Of a DNA stretch of 64,000 nt, positions 30,153-39,249 are shown piece by piece (positions within the stretch are counted from its first letter, which is position 1; each line of letters begins with the position of its first letter). The notes under the pieces are model-generated. The model had not been told where the DNA came from and searched no databases. It saw nothing but the letters and a program-made list of their open reading frames with translations. The stretch is taken from positions 1,408,001 to 1,472,000 of the forward strand of contig CBDETK010000013.1 of assembly GCA_965242865.1 (NCBI GenBank), written 5' to 3'. Origin of the DNA: Candidatus Latescibacterota bacterium. Lineage in GTDB: Bacteria; Latescibacterota; UBA2968; UBA8231. The position numbers were made by a program, and so were the translations under genes.

Positions 30153-30761
30153 TTGGAGGCTTGTACCTTTTTCGATGGAGAGATGAAGATGGAGAGTTCC
30201 GCTGCGACCGCGACCGTCGCTACAACTCCTGCATGGTGGACATTAGGAACGTGGATAAGCGCGATTATACTGACCGTTAGCGCACTAGCCACCATATTTA
30301 TTTGGGTTGGAAGAATGATTGAGTTTAAGGGTGATACCAAGCCCATATTGGACGATATAAGGGATAAGGTAAATCATATCCTTGGAAAAATTGATTCTCC
30401 TGTTGTACGCAGTCAAAGCCCATTAAGTCTAACCGAACTAGGTCAATCGGTATCAGGAGATTTGGGTGCAAAATTGTGGGCCTCGGAGAAATCCAAACAG
30501 GTGCAAAATCTTATTCAAGGGAGTAGGCCCTATAGAATACAAAGATTCTGTTTTGATGCTGTAAGGAGAGAAAACAAAGAAGCGTTAGGGCTTCCGCATG
30601 ACTTTATTGACGATGATATGAATACAAAAATTGAGGATTGCGCTTTTAATAGAGGATTATCTCTACAAAATATACAGGAGGTTCTTGCAATAGAATTGAG
30701 GGATGCAATTCTCGATCTTGAGGGTATTTCTGTCGAGCATCCAGATTTAGACAGTGGTTAG
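30153..30761 (+). CDS. Low-GC hypothetical membrane-anchored protein (probable IS passenger)
   Basis: One TM helix then SQSPLSLTELG; markedly lower GC than the flanks; convergent with the transposase remnant. True start may be the ATG at 30183 or 30189. Confidence 0.6.
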   Translation: MEACTFFDGEMKMESSAATATVATTPAWWTLGTWISAIILTVSALATIFIWVGRMIEFKGDTKPILDDIRDKVNHILGKIDSPVVRSQSPLSLTELGQSVSGDLGAKLWASEKSKQVQNLIQGSRPYRIQRFCFDAVRRENKEALGLPHDFIDDDMNTKIEDCAFNRGLSLQNIQEVLAIELRDAILDLEGISVEHPDLDSG

Positions 30762-30765
30762 CCGA

Positions 30766-31047
30766 TCAGTCAGCAATCAAATACGCGTACATCAACCGCT
30801 TACCGATCATCCTCTGCTCCCGCACCTGCTTGGTCTCGCGGTCCTTGAGACCTACGACAATCGCTTTACCAACAGGACCGCGCCCCGAATGTTGCTTCTT
30901 ACTCTCATGCTTATTCTTCTCTTTGCCGCCGACATAGGTTTCGTCGATCTCTATGGGTCCATCCAGCAAAGGCGCATCTAGCTCGTAGGCTTGACGGATG
31001 CGATGTAACATAAACCACGCCGATTTTTGTGTAATTCCTAAATCAGA
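30766..31047 (-). mobile_element. IS1595-family transposase remnant (5'-truncated, internally deleted)
   Basis: DLGITQKSAWFMLHRIR...LDGPIEIDETYVGG...GRGPVGKAIVVG joined directly to the C-terminal GKRLMYAYLIA; the central catalytic region is missing. Confidence 0.85.
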
Positions 31048-31146
31048 TCGTCCAATACAGCCACGAGCCGTTGATATTCGCTCTCTGCATGAGGAACTTC
31101 GTTCAGGCGTTTTCGCGTGATGATATGCAAGGGTACTCCTATCGAT

Positions 31147-32184
31147 CTACCCGTTCCCGCCCCACGCGAGGGCCTCGGCTTCGGCGGCCGACAGGGTGAG
31201 ATCGGCTTCGGCTTCGGCTGGCTCTTGCCACGCGGCGAGCAGCTCGGCCAGCTCGGCCAATGAAGCGGTCGTCAGCAGGCGGCGGCGCAGCGCAGAGGCG
31301 CGGGGCAAGCTCTTGAAGTAGAGCGCGAGGTGCTTGCGCGTCTCGCGGACGCCGGCGCGCTCGCCTTTGTACGCGGCCATCAGGCGCAGCTGCTCCAGCG
31401 CCAAGTGAATGCGCTCGGCGAGGGTCGCGCCGTTGCGGCCAGAAAAGAGCCACGGATTGGCCAAGGCCGCTCGACCGACCATGACCGCGGCACAGCCCGT
31501 TTCTCGCTGCATGCGGCGGGCGTCGTCGAGGGTGAGCACATCGCCGTTGCCGATGATGGGCAGGGCCGAGGCCGCGACCGCCCGGCCGATCCAGTGCCAG
31601 TTGGCGCGGCCCTTGTATTTTTGCACGACCGTGCGGGCGTGAATGGCCACGGCTCGGGCGCCGGCGTCCTCGCAGCGGCGTACCACTTCGAGGATGTTGA
31701 TCTGATCCTCGTCCCAGCCGAGGCGCGTCTTGACGATGACCGGCACAGACACGGCGTTGACGGTGCGCTCAACGGCTTGGTAGAGCCGATCGAGATCGCG
31801 CAAATACGCCGCACCGCAGCCTTTGGCCACGATCTTGGGGACGGAACAGCCAAAGTTTATATCCACCACCTGCGCTCCGCGCCGCTCAAATTCCCGCGCC
31901 CCATTGGCGATCAGGTCGATGTCGTTGCCGTAGATTTGCGCGGCCAGCAGGGAGAGGCCGGTGTCGGCGTAGATGGGCGCGTCGGAAAAGTCGAGCATCT
32001 GGAGGCTCTTGCGCGAGCGGATGCCAATGGCGCGGCAGTTGATAAATTCGACCCCGACCAACCGGGCGCCGAGGCGGGCGCATATCAGGCGGAACACCCA
32101 GTTGCTCACCCCGGCCATCGGCGCTAGGGTGAGGATGGGCATATCGTCCCGGAAGGAATTGAGCTGGTGAGGGCCGAGTTGCAC
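31147..32184 (-). CDS. dusB: tRNA-dihydrouridine synthase (DusB-like)
   Basis: LAPMAGV, DINFGC, VKTRLGW, AIHART, IIGNGD, VMVGR, TRKH. Confidence 0.85.
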   Translation of the reverse strand: MQLGPHQLNSFRDDMPILTLAPMAGVSNWVFRLICARLGARLVGVEFINCRAIGIRSRKSLQMLDFSDAPIYADTGLSLLAAQIYGNDIDLIANGAREFERRGAQVVDINFGCSVPKIVAKGCGAAYLRDLDRLYQAVERTVNAVSVPVIVKTRLGWDEDQINILEVVRRCEDAGARAVAIHARTVVQKYKGRANWHWIGRAVAASALPIIGNGDVLTLDDARRMQRETGCAAVMVGRAALANPWLFSGRNGATLAERIHLALEQLRLMAAYKGERAGVRETRKHLALYFKSLPRASALRRRLLTTASLAELAELLAAWQEPAEAEADLTLSAAEAEALAWGGNG

Positions 32185-32188
32185 GCGC

Positions 32189-32512
32189 TTACAGGGGGTT
32201 TTCCATCTGTAGCTTGGCGGCGATGGCCTTTTCCCGTTCGGCCTCGGCGATCATGCCCTTGCGCTGGTAGAACATGGAGAGGCTGGTGTGGACGAGGAAG
32301 TCGTCGGGCTGGTGCTCGGCGGCCTTTTGCGCCGCGCTGAGCGCTTGGTCGAGGTCGCCCAATTTCTCGTGGCAATGCGCCATCGCTTGGTAGGCATCGG
32401 CAAATTGCGGGTCGAGGGCGATGGCTTGGGCTAAGTCGTCGAGGGCCTCGGCAAAGGCTTGCCGGGCGAATTTGTTCATGCCACTCTTGTAGAGGGCCAA
32501 TTTGTCGGTCAT
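32189..32512 (-). CDS. Small TPR-repeat protein
   Basis: AIALDPQFADAYQAMAHCHEKLGDLDQAL...HTSLSMFYQRKGMIAEAE. Confidence 0.8.
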   Translation of the reverse strand: MTDKLALYKSGMNKFARQAFAEALDDLAQAIALDPQFADAYQAMAHCHEKLGDLDQALSAAQKAAEHQPDDFLVHTSLSMFYQRKGMIAEAEREKAIAAKLQMENPL

Positions 32513-32605
32513 GGCGCGCCTGTTTTGCGTGAATGATCTATGCGGTGCCGTCAAAAAGTAGGCAATGGCGTCAGGCTCGGAAAGCGAGCGAACAAAGGAG
32601 GAGAC

Positions 32606-33700
32606 ATGGTGCATTGGGCTTTGTTGGGCGCGGCCGTACTGGCAGCGGTCGCCGAGGGGCAACCGCGCTTTGACATTGACTACGTAGAAAGCATAGAGCC
32701 GCGGATATATGTGGCGCATCGCACGGCCGGGGCCATCGCCATTGACGGCCATCTCGACGAGCTGTCTTGGCAGCGGGCGGATTGGACCGCGCCCTTTGTC
32801 GATATCGAGGGCGAGCGCCGGCCTGCGCCGCGCTTGCAGACGCGGGCCAAGATGCTGTGGGACGACGAGTATTTGTACATCGCCGCTGACTTGGAGGAGC
32901 CCCACGTGTGGGCTACCATCGCGCAGCGCGATGCGACGATATACCAAGAAAACGACTTTGAAGTCTTTATCGACCCGGACGGCGATACGCATCAGTACTA
33001 CGAGTTTGAGATCAACGCCCTCGGCACGGAGTGGGATTTACTGATGATCAAGCCCTACCGCGACGGCGGCCCCTTTATCGGGGCTTGGGACATCGCCGGC
33101 CTGCAAACGGCCGTGCGCGTGTGGGGCAGCATCAACGACCCCAGCGACGAGGACCAAGGCTGGTCCGTGGAGCTGGCCTTTCCGTGGGCCGTGCTGGCCG
33201 AGGCCACGCATAAGAAGGCACCGCCGGTGGATGGCGATCACTGGCGGATCAATTTTTCGCGGGTGCAATGGGCCTTGGCCGACGATGTGGGCCAGTACGT
33301 CAAGGTGGAGGGCCGCAGCCCGGACAACTGGGTCTGGTCGCCGCAAGGGCTGATCGACATGCACTACCCGGAAAAGTGGGGCTTTGTGCAGTTTGCCGCC
33401 GAGGTCGTCGGCCGGCACAAGGTGCCCTTTCGTCCGGCCGTGGCCGAGGAGGCCCAGCGCGTCTTGCGCGGGATTTACTATCGCCAACAGAATTTTCGCC
33501 GCGCCCACGGTCGCTATGCGGCCAGCGTGGACTCGCTCGGCATGGAGGCGCGGGTCTTGCAGCACTTTCGCTGGCCGCCGGTCATCCAAGTGACCGACCA
33601 CCAGTTTGAGGCGCGGATCGAGGAAGCCACGGATTTGGACGCGGATGGCGCGATCAACCGCTGGTTCATCCGCGCAGACTCGCGCACTTGGCGCGATTAG
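32606..33700 (+). CDS. Carbohydrate-binding family 9-like (CBM9/DOMON) protein
   Basis: IDGHLDE..W, TRAKMLWDD.YLY, DFEVFID, YYEFEINA, WRINFSR, MHYPEKWG. Confidence 0.8.
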   Translation: MVHWALLGAAVLAAVAEGQPRFDIDYVESIEPRIYVAHRTAGAIAIDGHLDELSWQRADWTAPFVDIEGERRPAPRLQTRAKMLWDDEYLYIAADLEEPHVWATIAQRDATIYQENDFEVFIDPDGDTHQYYEFEINALGTEWDLLMIKPYRDGGPFIGAWDIAGLQTAVRVWGSINDPSDEDQGWSVELAFPWAVLAEATHKKAPPVDGDHWRINFSRVQWALADDVGQYVKVEGRSPDNWVWSPQGLIDMHYPEKWGFVQFAAEVVGRHKVPFRPAVAEEAQRVLRGIYYRQQNFRRAHGRYAASVDSLGMEARVLQHFRWPPVIQVTDHQFEARIEEATDLDADGAINRWFIRADSRTWRD

Positions 33701-33783
33701 GCCCGGGCGAAAATTGCCGCGCTGTCGAAATCGCCCTATAATGCCTTGCCCATATCACGGACCATTTTGCCAAGGAGGCCCTT

Positions 33784-34242
33784 GTGAAGCGTAGAAAATT
33801 GTTGCTCTCGATCTCCTTTTGTCTGTTGGCCGCGCCCGCCCCGCTGTTGGCGCACTGCGAAATTCCCTGCGGCGTTTACGGGGACGATGCGCGGTTTGCC
33901 GCGCTGGAGGAAGATCTCACGACCATTGAAAAGGCCATGGCGCAGATCGCGGCACTGGCCGACCAGACCGACGCCCAAAGCGCGAACCAGCTAGCGCGGT
34001 GGGTGGCCACCAAAGAAGATCACGCCAACAAAATCCAGCGCGTCGTCGCCCAGTACTTTATGACGCAGCGGCTCAAGGAGGTGGAAGAAGGCGACGAGGC
34101 TATGGCCGCATACACCGGCAAGCTGGTGCTTTTGCACAAGATGCTCCGGGGGGCCATGCGGTGTAAGCAGACGGTCGATTTGGAGCAGGTGGAAAAGATG
34201 CGGGCCTTATTGCACGAGTTTAAGCACGCCTACCAAACCTGA
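33784..34242 (+). CDS. sodN: Nickel superoxide dismutase precursor
   Basis: Ni-hook HCEIPCGVY directly after a signal peptide; NQLARWVATKEDHA; YFMTQR. Confidence 0.92.
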   Translation: MKRRKLLLSISFCLLAAPAPLLAHCEIPCGVYGDDARFAALEEDLTTIEKAMAQIAALADQTDAQSANQLARWVATKEDHANKIQRVVAQYFMTQRLKEVEEGDEAMAAYTGKLVLLHKMLRGAMRCKQTVDLEQVEKMRALLHEFKHAYQT

Positions 34243-34280
34243 CGCACCTAAGTACGCGGCAGTACCGGCCCGCCTTCCGT

Positions 34281-34307
34281 GGATCGAGGGCATCTTGCCC
34301 TCGATCC
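34281..34307. repeat. Perfect 12-bp hairpin (REP-like or bidirectional terminator)
   Basis: GGATCGAGGGCA-TCT-TGCCCTCGATCC between convergent genes; a degenerate copy lies at about 30078-30104. Confidence 0.6.
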
Positions 34308-34338
34308 CGATTCAGCAGGAACCGCAGAAAAGGCGGAC

Positions 34339-35346
34339 TTAACGCAGGGGTCGTGTACCGAGCTGACGCATTGTGGACGATGGATGTCTCCAGATCAGCA
34401 GTTCGTGCGATGCCTTGACGTGCGACCCTCCGTTGAGCTTTTCCCGGTTCGCGCCGATCCGCGTATCGCCCTGCCCGAAAGTGTACTGCCATGTAGGGGT
34501 CGTCATTTCGCAGTCGGAATACCATTTCCGAATTGTATCGCAGTCGTTGTACGAGAGCACAAAGCCGCCCTTGTGAGCTAGGAGCAGGTCGCGCAGCAGT
34601 TCGTGCCGGAATCCCTTATGGTGAATCGGGAAATTCCGGTGCGGATACATGCCGACAAAGGTCTTCCCCTCTTCGAGATAGTACGGAGGATCGCAGTAGA
34701 GAAAGTCGTTTCGATGGCGTTTGATCGCTTCCTCAAAGCTGAAGCACTGAACGGAAAGCGTTGCGGCCCGAAAGTCGCGCACTTTCTCGATCATGGTCTG
34801 ATAGCGCTTGGCGTTCAGGTAAATGTCGGAAGGCCATCCGAGAAAGTGCGGACCGTACGACGTATTGGAGTTGAAGTAGTAGTGCGCGGCGAGATCGTAG
34901 CGATCCAGCCGGTCGCCCTCCTGCCAATGCGCCGATAAGCGGCGTTTCACTCGGGCAAACGTTTGACGGTTGGGTTTGAATTTCTGCAACCGCTGGTAGA
35001 GGGCGTTGGCGTTCCGCAATTGTACGCGCCAGTAGTTGCAGAGGATGTCGAACACGTCGTATGCCACCACCTCCAATTCCAACTCGCGGGCGCAGGCAAC
35101 TTCCACCGATCCCCCGCCGATGAACGGCGAAACGAGCCGCTCCAACCCTTCCGGCAGGCGTTCTACGACGTACCCGACTGCAAGGCTCTTGCCTCCTGCA
35201 TACCGAAGCGGCGACCCCAGATACCTCTTGTAGTCAAGTTTGCCAGTGCTTTTGAGGGCGACCAGAAACTCTGCCTTGCTGTTCTGCGCTGTGGACGACG
35301 TCGCTTCGGAGCCGAATAGCAGCATTTGATCACGGCGCCAGTTCAC
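34339..35346 (-). CDS. DNA adenine methyltransferase (Dam/D12 class), no cognate restriction enzyme nearby
   Basis: SPLRYAGGKS, SPFIGGGSV, YCDPPY, FVLSYN. Confidence 0.9.
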   Translation of the reverse strand: MNWRRDQMLLFGSEATSSTAQNSKAEFLVALKSTGKLDYKRYLGSPLRYAGGKSLAVGYVVERLPEGLERLVSPFIGGGSVEVACARELELEVVAYDVFDILCNYWRVQLRNANALYQRLQKFKPNRQTFARVKRRLSAHWQEGDRLDRYDLAAHYYFNSNTSYGPHFLGWPSDIYLNAKRYQTMIEKVRDFRAATLSVQCFSFEEAIKRHRNDFLYCDPPYYLEEGKTFVGMYPHRNFPIHHKGFRHELLRDLLLAHKGGFVLSYNDCDTIRKWYSDCEMTTPTWQYTFGQGDTRIGANREKLNGGSHVKASHELLIWRHPSSTMRQLGTRPLR

Positions 35347-35446
35347 TACTGAAAGCCTTTTCTAAAAGCATTTTCTTAGGCATCAGACGACCTCCTGATT
35401 GCAGAAAGAATGGTATCCATTCTCTCAGCCCTCAGCAAGCTCGGCC

Positions 35447-38400
35447 TCAGCGGAGGAGGACGAGCTTGGCGTAGCGCGGGGGGGTATGGGTGCTGCGGAA
35501 GCGGGCGAAGTACGGGCCGGTGGCGGCTGCATGGCCGCGGTCGTCTCGGCCATCCCACAGCATCCGGTGGACGCCCGCGTGGAGTGGCGCGTCCACGAGC
35601 GTGCGCACGAGTTGGCCTTGGACGTTGTAGATCGCCAAGCAGATGGATGCGGCCCGGCTGAGGTGGAAGCCGAGGTGGGCGGTTGCGTTGAAGGGGTTGG
35701 GCCAAACTTGGAGGGAGGAGGCCGGACCGGGCGGTTTGGTCGCGAATTCGGACACTCGCTCTACAGCTCGCCCGGGCGAAAAGGGCGCCCCGGTCGGGGA
35801 AGCGGTTTTGTGCGGGACCCACGCGCCGCCGTCGGGCGGATAGCGGGCGATGGACTGGTCGTCGGGCCAAGTGGGTAGGGAGACGCCAGCCACCGGCTCG
35901 CCCGTGCCATCGATCAGGTGAATGGCTTCGCCGCTGTTTTGTAGGCCATCGCCGATGCGCCCGTCGTCGGTATAGACGGGGACGGCAAACCCCGAGGGGC
36001 TGCCCCCGCCAAAGAGGACGACGTACGATCGGGGGCCGATCACCGCCCCGGGCGGGAAGCGGAAGTACGACAAGAGGGAGGCTGTGTCGCCCAATCGCCA
36101 GCCGCTTAGATCGACCGAGGTGGAACCGGCATTGTAGAGTTCGACGAATTCGTCTTCGTACGGGTCGTGCCGCCCGTCTCGATTGGCGTCGCCAGCCGCC
36201 CCGGAAGGCGGATCGGCCAGCACCTCGCTGATGAAGAGGGCGTAGATCGGCTTGGGGATGGGCGGCGGTTTGGGTTTTTCTGGTTTCTTAGTCTGCGTCT
36301 TTGGGGCCTGTCCCGGGGAAAAGGGAGCGTAGATCGGGGAGGCGGTTTTGTGCGGGACTAGCGCGCCGCCCGCCGCTGGGACGCGGACCAGGGATTGGTC
36401 GTCGGGCCACGTGGATTGGGAGAGAAACGCGACCTCATCGCCGCGATCGTCAATTAGGTGAATGGACTCGCCGCTGTTTTGCAAACCGTCGCCAATGCGT
36501 CCGTCGTCGGTATAGACGGGGACGGTGAATCCCGAGGGCTGGCCGCCGCCAAAGAGGACGAGGTACGAGCGCGGAGCCACGACCGCGTTGCGCGGAAAGC
36601 GAAAGTAATCGCCGAGGGGGCCGGCGTCGCCCAACCGCCAGCCGGCCAAGGCAATGGGCACGGGGCCGGCGTTGTACAGCTCGATGAACTCGTCTTCGTA
36701 GGGGTCGTGCCGCCCGTCTTGGTTGGCGTCGCCAGCCGCCCCTGCTGGCGGGTCGGCCAGCACTTCGCTGATGAAGAGGGAATGGACGATGACCGGCCGC
36801 GTGTCCGGGGCGTGCCCAGGGGAAAAGGGTGCCCCGGTCGGGGAGACGGTTTTGTGCGGAACCAGCGCGCCGCCGGCCGAGGGGACGCGGACCAAGGATT
36901 GGGTGTCGGGCCACGTGGATTGGAAGAGGGACGCGGCCTCATGGCCGTGATCGTTGATCAGGTGGATGGCTTCGCCGCTGTTTTGCAGGCCGTCGCCGAT
37001 GCGCCCGTCGTCGGTATAGACGGGGATGGTGAATCCCGAGGGCTTGCCGCCGCCAAAGAGGACGACGTACGAGCGCGGGGCCAGAACCGCTTTGCGCGGA
37101 AAGCGGAAGTAATCGCTTAAGGCCCCGGCGTCGCCCAATCGCCAGCCGGCGAGGGCGATGGGCACGGGCCCGGCGTTGTACAGCTCGACGAATTCGTCTT
37201 CGTGGGGGTCGTGCCGCCCGTCTCGATTGGCGTCGCCAGTCGCCCCCGCTGGCGGGTCGGCCAGCACTTCGCTGATGAAAAGCGGATAGGTGATGACCGG
37301 CCGCGTGTCCGAAGCGTGTCCGGGGGAGAAGGGTGCTCCAGACGGGGAAGCGGTTTTGTGCGGAACCATGGTGCCCCCGGCGACTGGGATGCGGACGAAG
37401 GACTGGTCTTTGGGCCAATCGTCGTGCGAGACGGTGGCGATCTCGTGGCCGTTGTTGTCGGTCAGGCTAATTTTCTCGCCGCTGTTGGTCAGGCCGTTGC
37501 CAATGCGCCCGTCGTCGGTATAGACGGGGGTGGTGAATCCCGTTGGCATACCGCCGCCAAAGAGGACGACGTACGAGTGCCCGGCGATGACCGCGCCGGA
37601 GGGAAATTGGAAGTGGGTGCTCGGCGGCTTGCTGTCGCCCAGCCGCCAGCCGGCCAAGGAAATGGCAATCGGCCCGGCGTTGTACAGCTCAACGAACTCG
37701 TCTTCGTAGGAGTCGCGCTGCCCGTCTCGATTGGCGTCGCCGCGGAGCCCCGAGGGCGGATCGGCCAGCACTTCGCTGATGAAGAGCGGATAGTCCGGTT
37801 TGGGGATGATGTGCGTGCGGCCGGGCGAGAAGAGGGCTTTGACCGTGGAGGCAGTTTTGTGCGGGACCAGCACGTCGCCGTCAGGTGGATGGCGGACGAG
37901 GGATTGCTTGCTCGGCCAAGTGCCGTGTGAGACGATGGCGATCTCCGCGCCGGTGTCGTCGGTCAGGCTAATTTTCTCGCCCTTGTTGGTCAGGCCGTTG
38001 CCGATTTTTCCGTCGTCGGCATAGACCGGGACAGCGAATCCCGTTGGGCTGCCGCCGCCGAAAAGGACGACGTACGAGCCGGGGGCGATTACCGCGCCGG
38101 GCGGGAATTGGAAGTGGGTGCTCAACGCCTTGCTATCGCCCAGCCGCCAGCCGCTTAGGTCGATGGGGGTTGAACCGGCGTTGTACAGCTCGATGAATTC
38201 GTCTTGAGAGGTGTGGCGCTCGCCATCTTGGTTTGCGTCGCCAGCCGCTCCCAAAGGCGGATCGGCCAGCACTTCGCTGATGAAGAGCGGGTAGTCCGGT
38301 TGGGGGGACTGGGGCTCGGCTGGCGGTTCGGCCGGCGGTTCGGCCGGCGGCTCGGCAGGTGGCTCGGCTGGCGGCTCGGCTGGCGGTTCGGCAGGCGGTT

Positions 38401-38965
38401 CGGCAGGTGGCTCGGCCGGCGAGTCATTGACGGCGCGGCCGGGCGAAAAGGGTGCCCTAGTTGACGAGGCCGTTTTGTGGGGTGTAAACGCGCCGCTGTC
38501 AGGTGGGTGGCGGACGATAGACTGGTCGTTGGGCCAAGTGTCGTGCGAAACGCTTGCAATCTCCGCGCCGTTGCCGTCGGTCAGGACGATTTTCTCGCCG
38601 CTGTTTTTCAGACCGTCGCCAATGCGTCCGTCGTCGGTATAGACGGGGACGGTGAATCCCGTTGGAGTGCCGCCGCCGAAGAGGACGACGTACGAGCCGG
38701 GGGCGATCTCCGCGCCAGCCGGGAATTGGAAGTGGGTGCTCCGCGGCTTGCTGTCGCCCAGCCGCCAGTTGCTTATATCGACCGAGGTGGAACCAGCGTT
38801 GTACAGCTCGATGAATTCGTCTTCGTAGGTGTTGCGTTGGCCATCTTGGTTGGCGTCGCCGGTAGCCCCGGAAGGTGGATCGGCGAGCACTTCGCTGATG
38901 ACGACGCTGGCTTCGGCTAGGGAGGCGAATCCAAGCAGGAGGACGAGGGACAAGATGCGGGCCAT
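35447..38965 (-). CDS. Secreted protein with six lamin-tail domains and FlgD-like sorting tail
   Basis: Six ISEVLADPP...GDANxDG...EDEF(I/V)ELYN...L.GWRLGD units; tail WPNPFN...IYNVQGQLVRTL...WDGRD. Confidence 0.85.
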   Translation of the reverse strand: MARILSLVLLLGFASLAEASVVISEVLADPPSGATGDANQDGQRNTYEDEFIELYNAGSTSVDISNWRLGDSKPRSTHFQFPAGAEIAPGSYVVLFGGGTPTGFTVPVYTDDGRIGDGLKNSGEKIVLTDGNGAEIASVSHDTWPNDQSIVRHPPDSGAFTPHKTASSTRAPFSPGRAVNDSPAEPPAEPPAEPPAEPPAEPPAEPPAEPPAEPPAEPQSPQPDYPLFISEVLADPPLGAAGDANQDGERHTSQDEFIELYNAGSTPIDLSGWRLGDSKALSTHFQFPPGAVIAPGSYVVLFGGGSPTGFAVPVYADDGKIGNGLTNKGEKISLTDDTGAEIAIVSHGTWPSKQSLVRHPPDGDVLVPHKTASTVKALFSPGRTHIIPKPDYPLFISEVLADPPSGLRGDANRDGQRDSYEDEFVELYNAGPIAISLAGWRLGDSKPPSTHFQFPSGAVIAGHSYVVLFGGGMPTGFTTPVYTDDGRIGNGLTNSGEKISLTDNNGHEIATVSHDDWPKDQSFVRIPVAGGTMVPHKTASPSGAPFSPGHASDTRPVITYPLFISEVLADPPAGATGDANRDGRHDPHEDEFVELYNAGPVPIALAGWRLGDAGALSDYFRFPRKAVLAPRSYVVLFGGGKPSGFTIPVYTDDGRIGDGLQNSGEAIHLINDHGHEAASLFQSTWPDTQSLVRVPSAGGALVPHKTVSPTGAPFSPGHAPDTRPVIVHSLFISEVLADPPAGAAGDANQDGRHDPYEDEFIELYNAGPVPIALAGWRLGDAGPLGDYFRFPRNAVVAPRSYLVLFGGGQPSGFTVPVYTDDGRIGDGLQNSGESIHLIDDRGDEVAFLSQSTWPDDQSLVRVPAAGGALVPHKTASPIYAPFSPGQAPKTQTKKPEKPKPPPIPKPIYALFISEVLADPPSGAAGDANRDGRHDPYEDEFVELYNAGSTSVDLSGWRLGDTASLLSYFRFPPGAVIGPRSYVVLFGGGSPSGFAVPVYTDDGRIGDGLQNSGEAIHLIDGTGEPVAGVSLPTWPDDQSIARYPPDGGAWVPHKTASPTGAPFSPGRAVERVSEFATKPPGPASSLQVWPNPFNATAHLGFHLSRAASICLAIYNVQGQLVRTLVDAPLHAGVHRMLWDGRDDRGHAAATGPYFARFRSTHTPPRYAKLVLLR
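38313..38420 (-). repeat. 12-bp intragenic tandem repeat, (PAEP)x9 linker
   Basis: Nine GG(C/T)TCGGCNGG(C/T) units. Confidence 0.9.
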
Positions 38966-39101
38966 GCCCCTGCTTCTGCAAAGATCGGGCCAAGCGATCC
39001 GCTACGCCATTATTTCTTTAGGAACAAAGGGTTATGCAAAGGCGGCATCCCGCCGCGCCCGGGTACAATGCCCCATTTGGGACACAGCGATGCAGACTGC
39101 G

Positions 39102-39214
39102 GGTAACGCTGCTGGGACGACCAACGCTTCGCGTGCAATTCAGTTGGAGTTGGAGTACTTCACGATCCTCGGTGGCGGTAACGCTGTTGGGACGACCAAC
39201 GCTTCGCGTGCAAT
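39102..39214. CRISPR. Orphan CRISPR-like mini-array (2 repeats, 1 spacer)
   Basis: 38-nt repeats GGTAACGCTG(C/T)TGGGACGACCAACGCTTCGCGTGCAAT at 39102-39139 and 39177-39214, with internal hairpin GTTGG-GACGA-CCAAC and a unique 37-nt spacer; no cas genes in the window. Confidence 0.5.
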
Positions 39215-39240
39215 AGGGATGGTTCGCGAACCGCCCCTAC
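39215..39240 (-). repeat. GTAG-type REP palindrome
   Basis: Minus strand reads GTAGGGGCGGTTCGCGAACCATCCCT (GTAG foot plus hairpin). Confidence 0.65.
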
Positions 39241-39249
39241 CGACAGCGG

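Noticed and set aside
32513-32992. N-terminal extension of the TPR ORF (likewise extensions of ORFs at 26364-28946, 53759-54988 and 61785-63401)
   Set aside because: These overlap other well-supported genes; they are open frames caused by high GC content.
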